Below, piece by piece: positions 30,143 through 40,516 of a stretch of DNA of 64,000 bases. The stretch comes from Candidatus Hydrogenedentota bacterium (GTDB lineage: Bacteria > Hydrogenedentota > Hydrogenedentia > Hydrogenedentales > SLHB01): contig CAVUWV010000001.1 of assembly GCA_963745075.1 (NCBI GenBank), forward strand, positions 128,001 through 192,000. Direction: 5' to 3'. A program made the position numbers and the translations under genes. Under the pieces are notes generated by a model. That model was not told where the DNA came from. It saw only the letters and a list, made by a program, of their open reading frames with translations, and made no database searches. Each line of letters starts with the position of its first letter. Within the stretch, counting starts at the first letter, position 1.

Positions 30143-32596
30143 ATGAAGAAACTTCTGTTCGTGCTGGCGTTGGTTCTTGTCATCGGTGCCGTCCTGTGGT
30201 TTGTTCTTACCAGTAAGTCTTCAACGAGCGAAACAATTCCAATATCGGAATCTCAGTTGTCTGTCCCCGCGCCTGTTGCTTCCCCAAAACCTGCCCCGAC
30301 GGAATCTGCAATTGCTCGACCCGTCAAAATGGAGAAACCGCGCATCGCAGGACGCGTGGCAGCGCTCGATACGGGGCAGGGGATCGAAGGGGCGACGGTG
30401 AAGGTCACGTTGCGGGAAGAGGAAGCGTCGTTTGAAGCGGAGGACATTACGGACAGGGAGGGGAACTTTTTCGTGGCGACACGCGATCCGGGCGAATATC
30501 GGATTGAGGTAGCGCACGACGTCCTGGTGAGCGAGGAGCGGCGGTACGAAGCCACGGTCCGCGAAGGCGAGGCCGTGCCGGAACTGGTCATCTGGATGGT
30601 GTCCGGCGGTGTGGTCTCGGGCCGGGTTTACGACGCGGTATCCGGAAAAGGCATCGCCGGGGTTCGGGTCGGTGCGAACCGGGCGCAAACTCCCGGAGTC
30701 ACGACCGACGCGGACGGACGTTACCGTCTGGGTGGGCTTCGCGCGGGGAAGCCGAGGATCTTCCTGGGCCACGCGAAGGGCTACCTTGATCCTCCGGAGA
30801 ATTCGGATGGTGTGCGGGTGACCGTCTCGATGGGGGAGGAAGTTTCTGATGTGGATTTTCCGCTTCAGCCGGGCGTTTTTGGAATTATCACGGGGAAGGT
30901 GGTTGACGAGCAGGGCAAGGCGGTCGCGGACGCGGAGGTATCCGCCGTCAGCTACGACGATTTGACGAGAGAAGGCCGATTTGGGAAGGACACGAGTAGG
31001 CTGGACGGCAGCTTTCAGGTGGACGAACTGCCGGTCGCGAGCGGCTACTACGTCGCGGCGAAATCGGAAGGTTTTATTAGTGAAGAATTGGGACCACTTG
31101 GTTTGACGGACGAAGGACTTCACGATCTTGTCCTCACGCTGCGTCCAACGGGCAGTATCTCCGGTCAAGTGGTGGACGAGAATTCCGGTAAACCGGTTGG
31201 CGAACCGGAGTTCGTGGTTGACACGCGGTATGTATCAAGAGGACGCAATATCATCGGAGGCCGTTCGGGGAAGCTGGACGAAGACGGCAACTTCACGATA
31301 GCGAATCTACCGCCGGGACCTTACGGGTTGTTCGTCGATTCGCATCCCGGCGTGTTTATGTCGGGTATTGTAGAACCGCAGATCACGGTCGACCTCGAGC
31401 CTGGGCAGCACCTGACGGATATACGCCTCACGTTCGATTATGACCGCTACCTGAAGTCCAAGGCAGCGTCGAAGAACGCACCCATGGAATCGCCACGGCA
31501 GGCGGAAACCGCCAGACCCAAGGTCGGAGACGTGCGCGGACAAGTGGTGAACGCCACGACGAATGAAGCGGTCACCACATTCAATCTAGCGACCACTCAC
31601 AACTCCGGCGGGAGCAGCACCCGATCATCGCGCGCGGTGCACGACCCGGAGGGACGCTTCACCATTGGGGAAGACCAGGGTGAGACCTTGACGATTACGA
31701 TCACCGCGAAAGGCTTTACGCCCAAGCAAGAAGAGGTGGAGGGCGGCCTCGGCGCACAACCGGCACACGACATCATTGTGCGTCTCCAACCGGGGGCCTT
31801 GGTCGACGGCGAAGTGGTGGATACGTCGGGCAACGCGGTGGCGGGTGCGGCGGTGTATATCGGCGTGGATCCGAGTCTCATGGACACGGATGGTCAGGGT
31901 AGCGCCCCCGATGCGATTTCGGGTCCGGACGGGTCGTTCCACTTGGACACGCTTCCCGTATCCGCAACGACGATCTATGCGACTCATCCATCCTTCGCGG
32001 TGGGGACGGCGAAAGTCACGGCCACCGCAGCGGCGTCGACCCGGCTCCGTATCGTATTGCGGGATGGCGGGGCAGTCGAGGGGACGGTGCGTCGGTCGGG
32101 GCAACCCTTGGCCGAACAATGGATTGGGGTGCTCAACGAATCCGGGACGAATGTGCGGTTTGGTAGTGACCGGACCGACAGTCAGGGTCATTTTCGGTTA
32201 GACCATGTGACGCCGGGGCTTTATACGTTATACGCGTATATCGACGAGGGCTCGCGGTCGCTGCATATAGATGCGGAAGTTGCAGACAGGATGACAACGC
32301 AGGTTAATTTCGATTTCGATGAAACGGACAACGCTATCGAAGGTACGGTGCTGTTGGACGGTCAACAGCCTCATTCTCTAAGCGTCCGTGCCGAGATACG
32401 GACGTCATCCGGCGTGGAAAAGATAGGATTCAACTCGCAGACTGGAGCGTATTCCTTGACTAACCTGCCGTTAGGTGAGGCGGATCTATACGTCATTGCC
32501 TCTGGGCCGGGTGGCGCCAGGGCAGACGAATCGTTGGCGGTGTCTATCACCGGCGGGACCGTCCGGCGCGATTTTGATTTGCACAGCGGGGAATAG
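30143..32596 (+). CDS. Membrane-anchored protein with tandem carboxypeptidase-regulatory-like (beta-sandwich) repeats
   Basis: GGAGG RBS; N-terminal hydrophobic helix; about 8 repeats such as ITGKVVDEQGKAVADAEV and TTDADGRYRL. Confidence 0.85.
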   Translation: MKKLLFVLALVLVIGAVLWFVLTSKSSTSETIPISESQLSVPAPVASPKPAPTESAIARPVKMEKPRIAGRVAALDTGQGIEGATVKVTLREEEASFEAEDITDREGNFFVATRDPGEYRIEVAHDVLVSEERRYEATVREGEAVPELVIWMVSGGVVSGRVYDAVSGKGIAGVRVGANRAQTPGVTTDADGRYRLGGLRAGKPRIFLGHAKGYLDPPENSDGVRVTVSMGEEVSDVDFPLQPGVFGIITGKVVDEQGKAVADAEVSAVSYDDLTREGRFGKDTSRLDGSFQVDELPVASGYYVAAKSEGFISEELGPLGLTDEGLHDLVLTLRPTGSISGQVVDENSGKPVGEPEFVVDTRYVSRGRNIIGGRSGKLDEDGNFTIANLPPGPYGLFVDSHPGVFMSGIVEPQITVDLEPGQHLTDIRLTFDYDRYLKSKAASKNAPMESPRQAETARPKVGDVRGQVVNATTNEAVTTFNLATTHNSGGSSTRSSRAVHDPEGRFTIGEDQGETLTITITAKGFTPKQEEVEGGLGAQPAHDIIVRLQPGALVDGEVVDTSGNAVAGAAVYIGVDPSLMDTDGQGSAPDAISGPDGSFHLDTLPVSATTIYATHPSFAVGTAKVTATAAASTRLRIVLRDGGAVEGTVRRSGQPLAEQWIGVLNESGTNVRFGSDRTDSQGHFRLDHVTPGLYTLYAYIDEGSRSLHIDAEVADRMTTQVNFDFDETDNAIEGTVLLDGQQPHSLSVRAEIRTSSGVEKIGFNSQTGAYSLTNLPLGEADLYVIASGPGGARADESLAVSITGGTVRRDFDLHSGE

Positions 32597-32725
32597 ATTG
32601 CTGTGCGCTACGGTAAGCGATCACACGCTTCGATTTGCTGGTTGTTTTCCGCGGGTAGGCTTGGCATTGTCGGGCTGAAGAGCCACGCTGGCGCGTGGCG
32701 GTCCCAGTGGCGGATCGGGTTAATC

Positions 32726-33637
32726 ATGCGGAACGGTTTGTTGATAGCGGTGATGGCCGGTGCTTGGATTTTTGCAGCGAACGGTGCGGAGCCGTCTGAT
32801 GGCACTCCGGAGTCGACTTCGGGGATCACCCTTCATGAGGGGCTGGCGTATTCTTCGGCGGACCCGGCGCTTGCGATGGACCTGTATCTGCCGCGGTTGA
32901 CGGGGACGCGGGTGCCTTGTGTGATGGTGATTCAGGGGGGTGGGTTCCGGGGGCAGGACGGGAAGCGGTTTCGTCCGTTCGCGGAGTACCTGGCGGAGAA
33001 CGGGTTCGCGGCCGTTACGTTTGCCTACCGGGGACGACCGGGGCACACGTATGAAGAAACGATGGCGGACGTGAATGCGGCGGTGCGCTACGTTCGGAAG
33101 ATCAGCCCGGACTTCGGTATCGACCCGAACCGGATCGGCGCGATGGGACGGTCGGCGGGCGGAACGCTGGCGGTGTTGCTGGCGGTGACGGGCGACGAGC
33201 AGGAGTCCGAGGGCGGCGGCGATAGGGCGTATTCGAGCCGGATACAGGCCGCGGTCGGGATTTCGGGCGTGTACGATTTCATCGCGCGATTCACGGACGA
33301 AGCGCAGATCGCGTTGCAGTCACGGCACGAGGCAAAGATCGAATCGAACGGGGAATGGATCGGCGAACCGTTTTCCGCCACGAGCGAGAAGTGGCGGGAC
33401 GCATCGGCCATCAATCATCTTGATGGTGATGATCCGCCGATGCTGTTGCTGCAGTGTAAAGATGACGCGACGGTTCCGTGGCCGCAGGCGCAGGGTATGT
33501 ACGAGAAGATGAAGGATGCCGGGATCAACGCGGAGATCGAGATCTACGAGACCGGGGGGCATGGTTGTCAGACCAAAGATGCGAAGGGATCGATGGCGCG
33601 GATGGTGGGGTTCTTCAAGGAGACGCTGATGGAATGA
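32726..33637 (+). CDS. Secreted alpha/beta hydrolase (esterase/lipase)
   Basis: IQGGGF oxyanion loop, GRSAGG nucleophile, DATVP, GGHG. Confidence 0.9.
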   Translation: MRNGLLIAVMAGAWIFAANGAEPSDGTPESTSGITLHEGLAYSSADPALAMDLYLPRLTGTRVPCVMVIQGGGFRGQDGKRFRPFAEYLAENGFAAVTFAYRGRPGHTYEETMADVNAAVRYVRKISPDFGIDPNRIGAMGRSAGGTLAVLLAVTGDEQESEGGGDRAYSSRIQAAVGISGVYDFIARFTDEAQIALQSRHEAKIESNGEWIGEPFSATSEKWRDASAINHLDGDDPPMLLLQCKDDATVPWPQAQGMYEKMKDAGINAEIEIYETGGHGCQTKDAKGSMARMVGFFKETLME

Positions 33638-33729
33638 AGGTCGGTGTGCGGGTTGCGGGTTGACACCGAGATCCCCTGCTACTCTAATAGGGTTGTCGCG
33701 GGTTTTGAATTGGCGTGTGGAGACACTCG

Positions 33730-33957
33730 ATGACACTTGAGCAAATCAAAGCCGAAATCAACAGGCTGCCGCTTTCCGACAAGCTTCGCTTGGTCGAGGA
33801 TACGTGGGATTCTATCGCCGCGAATGCCAGCGAGTTGCCCATGCCTGAGTGGCAGCGGCAAGAACTCGACAAACGGTATAAAGAGTACCAGGAAGGGAAC
33901 GTCGAGTTGCACGATTGGCAGTCGGTTCATGAGTCCATTCGCGACAAGTATCAATGA
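33730..33957 (+). CDS. Addiction-module antitoxin
   Basis: LPLSDKLRLVEDTWDSI...EWQRQELDKR...WQSV; ATGA overlap with the toxin. Confidence 0.88.
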   Translation: MTLEQIKAEINRLPLSDKLRLVEDTWDSIAANASELPMPEWQRQELDKRYKEYQEGNVELHDWQSVHESIRDKYQ

Positions 33958-34212
33958 AGCTACGATACTCGCCCCGTGCCGCCGATGAACTGGAAGTGGC
34001 GGTCCGCTGGTACGAGGAGCAGTATTCCGGATTGGGCATCGCGTTTCTCGAATGCGTCGAAAAGGCCTTGGCTTTTCCCCTGCACGCATGACTCCTTTCG
34101 ACGGTGCCTTACAAGACGGTTCCCGTTTTCCATCCACTTTACAATCGAGGAGGACGTTATCGTCCTGCATTCCGTCTTCGACAACAGACGCAGCCCAACG
34201 GATCTTCCATAA
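33954..34212 (+). pseudogene. RelE/ParE-family toxin with a frameshifting internal deletion
   Basis: MKLRYSPRAADELEVAVRWYEEQYSGLGIAFLECVEKAL in one frame, FRRCLTRRFPFSIHFTIEEDVIVLHSVFDNRRSP in another; the linker looks too short. Confidence 0.8.
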
Positions 34213-34351
34213 GCGGAAATGAGGGTATTGCCGTGCGCGGCAGGAAGAATTCAGGGACACGGCTGTCGGGAAGACGCTGATGAAATGAGTGGGTGGTTGC
34301 GGGGAGGCGAGAGCGCTGTGACGGGGCCGTGACGTTGGCGAAGAGCGTACA

Positions 34352-34798
34352 ATGAGCACTATGACGAAAGCCCAAAAGTACATACTCATACTTCTGGTTG
34401 CAGGCGTCGCTTGTTTCATTGTGCCCCTTCCAGGTGGCAGGGCGACTTATACCTCGGTCTTGGCTGAAATTTCGGGTCCGCTCCATGTCGTGACCAACCA
34501 AGTCCATCGTCCAGCTCCGTGGTTGAGGGCAGCGCCGGAATTCTTCGTGAAAGATGGAGAACTGTATCTGTGCAACCAAACGACACGTCGCGCATTAATA
34601 CTGGTCACATTCGTTTCTCCTGGCATCCGGGACAGAGCCGACATCGAGGAATTCCGGAAGAAGCATCCGGACTTGGAGGAATACTGGCCAGATCCGAGTC
34701 AATCTGATGGCGGGGCCGCGTGGACAAGAAACAAGGTCCGCAATATGCTTCCGGAAGATACCAGCGCTATGGGGCCGCCTGAACCTTTCCCGAATTGA
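34352..34798 (+). CDS. Hypothetical membrane-anchored protein
   Basis: 148-aa ORF with an N-terminal hydrophobic helix; no family recognised. Confidence 0.55.
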   Translation: MSTMTKAQKYILILLVAGVACFIVPLPGGRATYTSVLAEISGPLHVVTNQVHRPAPWLRAAPEFFVKDGELYLCNQTTRRALILVTFVSPGIRDRADIEEFRKKHPDLEEYWPDPSQSDGGAAWTRNKVRNMLPEDTSAMGPPEPFPN

Positions 34799-34840
34799 AT
34801 TCTTTGGGAGACAACAGGATACAGCAACCGTCGAGTGGTT

Positions 34841-34940
34841 CCTGCGCCCCCGTTCGGGGGCTGTGTGAGAGGTGGGGTGGGTTGTCCCGGCGTTTCGCTT
34901 CGCTTCACGCTGGGCTAGATTCCGGTGGCCCCTCCGGGGC
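34841..34940 (-). repeat. Intact REP-like element (family D), related to the one split at 11785/13473
   Basis: Minus strand reads small hairpin gccccggaggggc, tagcccag, aagcgaagcg, then a second small hairpin. Confidence 0.6.
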
Positions 34941-35262
34941 ACTTGCCGGGGGGGTCTTGAGTTCTTCCTTTCCTGAGTAGATGTCTTATTCAGTAAGAAC
35001 ACGGGCGAGATGCCCATGCTCCCTTCCTATCTATTTCTTAAATCGGCGAGAATCGGTGTAATCGGTGGATGGAAAGCGGTCTTCTTGCGGTGAAGAAGCC
35101 ACGCTGGTGCGTGGCGGTCCCAGTGGGGCGGTTGTGTTGACCGGATGCGGCCGATTCAAGTAGAACAAAGTGCTTAGCCAAGGTGTTGCATAGATATAGT
35201 CCGTGCAGGTGAACCGTGCTCGGAATCCCAGGACCGAGTTCGTGATACGTAGGTAGTCTTCA

Positions 35263-36363
35263 ATGGCCAAGAAGGAACGGGTCTTCAATCAACGCAAGCG
35301 CCGTGTCTTTCGGACGCAGATCCCCACGGGGGAGGTAGTGTTCGGGGCGCTGTTTGTTCTGGTAGTGGTTGGGATGGGATGGTGGTTTTTGGCGAAGCGG
35401 AACGACTTCGATCCCTCCGAACGCGATATCTCCATGGAACTCATGGAGGAGGGGAGCGTCCAGGATACGTTGTACCGCACGCCGTTCGAGCGCTGGACCG
35501 ACCCGGCACAACCAGCCTCCGCTTCCGCCGCCGTGGACCTCGGCAATTTTCCAACCGCGATCCTGGACGGTGGTTGGACCGCATCCACACGGGTTCAGGA
35601 GTTTGATGAATCCAATCTGTACGAGAAGATCGACGGGGCCGCGCCCCAGTATTTTCAATTCGGATTCGTGAAGCTGCATTTCGTTGGACTGGAGCACGCG
35701 GACGATCTGGAGCTGAACATCGAACTCTACGACATGGGCGAATTCAAGAACGCCCTGGGCATCTTCACCGCGCAACGCGACGCGGACCGGACGTTGGACG
35801 AACGGGGCGACGTGCATTACTACGCGACGACCGTGGGTGCCATCGGCATCATCGGTCCGTATTACTTCAAGCTGACCGGCAACGAGGAGAACGCAGCCAT
35901 AACCGACAAGGCCGCGCAGATTATCGAAAGTTTTTCCGGGTTGCCGGGTGGGGACGTGCCGCTGCCGAAGGCATTTACCGTTTTCCGCGACGTGTTGGGT
36001 ATCCCCTTTGCGGGTATATGGTTCGAGAAGAACGACGTGTTCCAGTTCCAATTTGCGAAGGATTTCTGGTTTGGAAAACCTGACATCGGCGGCGATTTGC
36101 GGTATTATGTCCACGAGGCCGAAAGTGAAGAAGCTGCAAGGACACTTTTCGACCAGTTACTGGAGAACAATCTCTACGACTATGACGAGGTATCCCATAC
36201 CGACGATAGCGTCATCCTGAATCACAAGTTCCTTAAGACCCGTCTGGCGATCAAGCGGTCCGGCACGTTGGTGTACGGATTCGACGGCGCTCCCGCTGAC
36301 CTCGATGCGGACAAGACCCTGATGACGCTGCAGGAGGCATTTCAGAGCGATGAAGAAGCCTGA
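35263..36363 (+). CDS. DUF6599-like membrane-anchored protein
   Basis: TM helix, then NLYEKIDGAAPQY...IELYDMG...NALGIF; paralogous to 41716-42702. Confidence 0.7.
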   Translation: MAKKERVFNQRKRRVFRTQIPTGEVVFGALFVLVVVGMGWWFLAKRNDFDPSERDISMELMEEGSVQDTLYRTPFERWTDPAQPASASAAVDLGNFPTAILDGGWTASTRVQEFDESNLYEKIDGAAPQYFQFGFVKLHFVGLEHADDLELNIELYDMGEFKNALGIFTAQRDADRTLDERGDVHYYATTVGAIGIIGPYYFKLTGNEENAAITDKAAQIIESFSGLPGGDVPLPKAFTVFRDVLGIPFAGIWFEKNDVFQFQFAKDFWFGKPDIGGDLRYYVHEAESEEAARTLFDQLLENNLYDYDEVSHTDDSVILNHKFLKTRLAIKRSGTLVYGFDGAPADLDADKTLMTLQEAFQSDEEA

Positions 36364-37393
36364 GACGATCCAGCATCCCGAGTACGAGAAGGCCCCGATG
36401 GACCGGCGGACGTTCTTCCGCCGCCTCGGCACAGCCGGGGGCCTCGGCGCGGCGGCGGGGTATCTTGCGTGGGCGCCGGCCAACTGGCCTTTGTCCTTGA
36501 AGGATCCCTCGGGGCTGCGCAGCGTGCCGGTCGTCACACCGTTCCGGTTGCCGGACTCGTATCGGGTGGCCAAACCGGCGGGTGCGGCCGACGTGGGCAT
36601 CGGACGCGGCGAGCGTCCGGTAGAGGCGCTTCGTGCAGCGTTGGACGGCATCGGCGGATTGTCTCATTTCATCCAACCCGGCGATATCGTATTGGTGAAG
36701 CCGAACGTGGCCTTTGATCGCGCGCCGAATCTGGGCGCGACCTCGAATCCGACGCTGCTGAAAGAACTGATTCACATGATTCTCGTGGATTGCCGTGCGC
36801 AGGAGGTGCGGGTGGCGGACAATCCCATCGAATCACCGCCGGACTGTTTTGCCAAGAGCAAGATCGACGCGGCCACGGTGGACGCCGGAGGACGGGTCTA
36901 TCTTCCGGATTCGAATGCGTTCAGGATGTTGAATACGCCCGGCGCGAAACTGATCGAGAACTGGTGGTTCTTCCACCGCCCCTTCACAAACGTGGACAAG
37001 GTCATCGGTCTCGCTCCCGTGAAGGACCATAACCTGTGCAGCGCGTCCATGGGGATCAAAAACTGGTACGGGCTGCTGGGCGGCACGCGCAACCAGTTCC
37101 ACCAGGACATTCATGAGATCGTGTCGGATCTCTCGGTCATGATGAAACCGACGTTGACGATTCTCGACGGGACGCACGTGCTCATGCAAAACGGCCCGAC
37201 CGGCGGCGACCCTTCCAATGTGAAGCTGGGCGACACGGTGCTCGCCGCGCTGGATCCGGTCGCCGGCGACGCGTGGGCGTTCGAACACCTGCTCGAACGC
37301 GGGCGCGACTATCCCCGCTATCTGCTGAAGGCGGAAGAGAAGGGGAGCGGCCGGGTCGATTGGGACGGCCGCGTGCGCGAGATTCACGTTTAG
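36350..37393 (+). CDS. DUF362 domain protein with Tat-like leader
   Basis: [49 protein letters not shown]. Confidence 0.88.
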   Translation: MKKPETIQHPEYEKAPMDRRTFFRRLGTAGGLGAAAGYLAWAPANWPLSLKDPSGLRSVPVVTPFRLPDSYRVAKPAGAADVGIGRGERPVEALRAALDGIGGLSHFIQPGDIVLVKPNVAFDRAPNLGATSNPTLLKELIHMILVDCRAQEVRVADNPIESPPDCFAKSKIDAATVDAGGRVYLPDSNAFRMLNTPGAKLIENWWFFHRPFTNVDKVIGLAPVKDHNLCSASMGIKNWYGLLGGTRNQFHQDIHEIVSDLSVMMKPTLTILDGTHVLMQNGPTGGDPSNVKLGDTVLAALDPVAGDAWAFEHLLERGRDYPRYLLKAEEKGSGRVDWDGRVREIHV

Positions 37394-37404
37394 AGGCGAA
37401 CGCG

Positions 37405-39078
37405 ATGGCGGACAGTAAAGCAGCCACTCCGAAGAAGAGCGGCAAGGCGCGCTGGGAGTCGTTCTCCGTCCGCAAGCTTTTGCGGATCACGAACGTGCGC
37501 ATTCTGTCGCAGATCTTTTTCTTTGCCGCGTTCATGTTTTCCGTGTGGGCGACGTGGACCTCGCGATTGGGCGGGTATCCTGTTTCGCGCATCCTGGAGA
37601 TGGACCCGCTCGTCATGATCGCGACGATGCTGTCGACGGGGTACGTGTACCGGTTCCTGGGGTGGGGGTTGCTGGTCCTCGCGATTACACTGCTCTTCGG
37701 CCGCGTGTTCTGCAACTGGATTTGTCCGTACGGCACGCTCCATCAATTCGTGGGATGGTTGTTCAACATCAACAAGGCCACCGACCGTATCGAGCAGAAT
37801 CGCTACAAGTCGATCTACTACCTCAAGTACATGATTCTGACCGTGTTCCTGATCATGGCGTGGATGGGTGCGCTGCAGATCGGATTGCTTGATCCAATCT
37901 GTCTCATGTACCGGAGTTTCGCAACCGTGTTTGCGCCGATGTTTGATATGGGGGCGACGAAGGTGTCGCTGACGGCGCACGGGGCGAACCTGGATACGCT
38001 GTGGATTGACAATTTAAAATTCGCGCCGGGCGTGACCAGCCGCGTTTTTGTGGGGTCGTTCTGGATTGGCGTCATGATCTTCGGGTTGGTCGCCATGAAC
38101 CTGTACATTCCGCGCTTCTTCTGCCGGGTGTTGTGTCCGCTCGGGGCGCTGTTGGGCGTGTTTTCGCGGTTCGCGGTATTTCGCATCAACCGCGACGTAC
38201 ACAAATGCACCGACTGCAATCTGTGTCTCACGCGGTGCGAGGGCGCGTCGGACCCGCAAGGGATTTTGCGGCAGAGCGAGTGCTTCTCCTGCATGAACTG
38301 CATCGACGACTGCCCGGAAGACGCCCTGTCGTTCACGATGTTTAATCTGGACACCAAGCAGGTGAAGCAGGGTCCGGACGTGTCACGGCGGCGGTGGATC
38401 TTTGCTTCCGTTGCGGGTGTCCTGGCGTTTCCGTTTATCAAGAATCACGGCGTCGACACGGACAAACATTTCGAGCCGAAACTGATACGGCCGCCGGGTT
38501 CGGTAGAGGAAAACGATTTCCTGTCCAAGTGCATCAAGTGCGATCAGTGCATCAATTCGTGCCCGACCAACGTGCTGCAACCGGCGACCTTCAAAGAGGC
38601 CGGGATCGAAGGGTTGTGGACGCCGGTCATGAATTTCGAAATCGGTCATTGCCAACTCAAATGCACGATGTGTTCCGAGGTGTGTCCGACGGGCGCCATC
38701 CGGAAGATCACCGTCGAGGAAAAGCTCGGCAAGGGGACTTTTGAGGAGAAGGGACCGATTCGGCTGGGCACGGCGTTCTTCGACAAGGGCCGGTGCTTGC
38801 CCCACGCGATGGAGATCCCCTGCGTGGTGTGCGAGGAGGTGTGCCCGACGTCGCCCAAGGCGATTCAGACCAAGGACGTCGAGACGAAAGACGTGTACGG
38901 AAATATCGTGGTGCTGAATAAGCCGTTCATGGTGCCTGATCTGTGCATCGGCTGCGGCATCTGTGAGAACGAGTGTCCGGTAAAAGATGAACGCGCGGTT
39001 TACGTAACGGCGGTGGGAGAGAGCCGCTCGCGCGAACGTCAGTTGCTGCTCAAGAAACGTGGTGAAACGCAGGCTTGA
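37405..39078 (+). CDS. Membrane-bound polyferredoxin (NapH/MauN-like plus MauM/NapG-like 4Fe-4S domains)
   Basis: [28 protein letters not shown], several CxxCxxCxxxCP motifs, multiple TM helices. Confidence 0.9.
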   Translation: MADSKAATPKKSGKARWESFSVRKLLRITNVRILSQIFFFAAFMFSVWATWTSRLGGYPVSRILEMDPLVMIATMLSTGYVYRFLGWGLLVLAITLLFGRVFCNWICPYGTLHQFVGWLFNINKATDRIEQNRYKSIYYLKYMILTVFLIMAWMGALQIGLLDPICLMYRSFATVFAPMFDMGATKVSLTAHGANLDTLWIDNLKFAPGVTSRVFVGSFWIGVMIFGLVAMNLYIPRFFCRVLCPLGALLGVFSRFAVFRINRDVHKCTDCNLCLTRCEGASDPQGILRQSECFSCMNCIDDCPEDALSFTMFNLDTKQVKQGPDVSRRRWIFASVAGVLAFPFIKNHGVDTDKHFEPKLIRPPGSVEENDFLSKCIKCDQCINSCPTNVLQPATFKEAGIEGLWTPVMNFEIGHCQLKCTMCSEVCPTGAIRKITVEEKLGKGTFEEKGPIRLGTAFFDKGRCLPHAMEIPCVVCEEVCPTSPKAIQTKDVETKDVYGNIVVLNKPFMVPDLCIGCGICENECPVKDERAVYVTAVGESRSRERQLLLKKRGETQA

Positions 39079-39106
39079 GGCTGAGCCGAACAAAGGGATG
39101 AAACTC

Positions 39107-40303
39107 ATGAAACACGCGATGGACAGACGGTCGTTCATGAAGGGGGTCGCCTTGGGGGGGATGGGCGCCGGGGTTGCCGCGGCGACGGCCGAGGCGCAAG
39201 GCGCCGGCGCCGCACCCGCGACCGAGGTTCCGCGCAAGCAACTCGGGACCACGGGCGAAACGATTCCCATCATCTTCATGGGCGGGTCGCGGACCTTCGA
39301 TATGAAATACGACAAGACGCTGCACCGGGCGCACGGACTCGGCATCGACTACGTCGATACGGCGGATTCCTACGCGTCGGGCCAATCGCAAAAAGGCGTG
39401 GCCGTGTTTCAGGAGCAAGTCGGGCGCGACAACGTCTGGATCACGACCAAAGTCGAGGTGAAAGGGGCACACAGCACGCCGGAGGGGCTGAAGAACGGGC
39501 TCGACGAATGCCTCGCCGAGTTGCGCACCGATTACGTCAACATGTTCTTCATGCACATGATTCAGGATCCCCGTTATCTCGATGCGGACTTCATCAAAGC
39601 CGGCGACGATATGCGGAAGAGCGGGAAGACGAAGTATTTTGGGTTCTCGTGCCACCACGGGAACGTGCCGGAGATGATCTCGAAGGCGGCCAAGGCCGGC
39701 GGCATCGATGCAATCATGTTCCGGTACAACTTCCGCCATTACGGCGATGTCGAGTTGAACAAGGCCATGGATGCGGCCAAGGCCGCAGGGATTGGTTTGC
39801 TCGCCATGAAGACGCAGTCGTCAGTACCGGCGGATTTGGAGAAGGTTGTCGAGTTTCAGGCGAAGGATTTTACCTTGCCCCAAGCGAAGTTGAAGGCCGT
39901 CTGGGCGGATGAGCGCATCGACGGATGCGTCAGTCAGATGGACAACCTCCAGATCCTGGACGAGAATTCCTCGGCAGCCATGGCGCCGCAGCAACTCACG
40001 ATGAATGAGTTTCACCAGTTGAACCGCCTCGCACGAATGACGGCGCCGTATGCATGTCTCGGGTGCAACCAGATCTGTGAAAGCCGAATTGAAGGCAAGC
40101 TCAAGGTCGCCGACGCCCTGCGGTACCTGATGTATCACGAATGCTACAGCGACCCGGAGACGGCGCGTTTGCTGTACAACGCATTGAACGTGGAAGAGCG
40201 CGATTTCGAGCGCGTGGATTTGACTCCGGCGATCGCGGCATGCCCGCAGGACATTCGAATCGACGAACGCTTGCGGCGCGCGCGCGAAGTATTGATGGCG
40301 TAG
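39107..40303 (+). CDS. Aldo/keto reductase with Tat-like leader and C-terminal Cys cluster
   Basis: DRRSFMK; YVDTADSY, ITTK, GFSCH, AMKT; CLGCNQIC...ACPQDI. Confidence 0.88.
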   Translation: MKHAMDRRSFMKGVALGGMGAGVAAATAEAQGAGAAPATEVPRKQLGTTGETIPIIFMGGSRTFDMKYDKTLHRAHGLGIDYVDTADSYASGQSQKGVAVFQEQVGRDNVWITTKVEVKGAHSTPEGLKNGLDECLAELRTDYVNMFFMHMIQDPRYLDADFIKAGDDMRKSGKTKYFGFSCHHGNVPEMISKAAKAGGIDAIMFRYNFRHYGDVELNKAMDAAKAAGIGLLAMKTQSSVPADLEKVVEFQAKDFTLPQAKLKAVWADERIDGCVSQMDNLQILDENSSAAMAPQQLTMNEFHQLNRLARMTAPYACLGCNQICESRIEGKLKVADALRYLMYHECYSDPETARLLYNALNVEERDFERVDLTPAIAACPQDIRIDERLRRAREVLMA

Positions 40304-40324
40304 GGGGGGCGACCGAGCTTTCAA

Positions 40325-40478
40325 GCGACAACAGGGACATCAGAGACAACAGCGACGGTGCGACGCACGTCTGTGGATTCGTGAAGATTCCGTCACGGGC
40401 GGCAGGAACCGGATTCGACTTCCCGAGAAATTGCGGAATGCATCGTCCTTGATGTCGTTGTTGACCCTGCTGTCGTTC
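40325..40478. repeat. Inverted pair of 9-bp-period repeat arrays between convergent genes
   Basis: gacaacagg-gacatcaga-gacaacagc-gac faces gtccttgat-gtcgttgtt-gaccctgct-gtcgtt. Confidence 0.6.
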
Positions 40479-40516
40479 AGCCGAAGAGGCTGGCTCCTGT
40501 CCTTCGCGTCTCCTGG

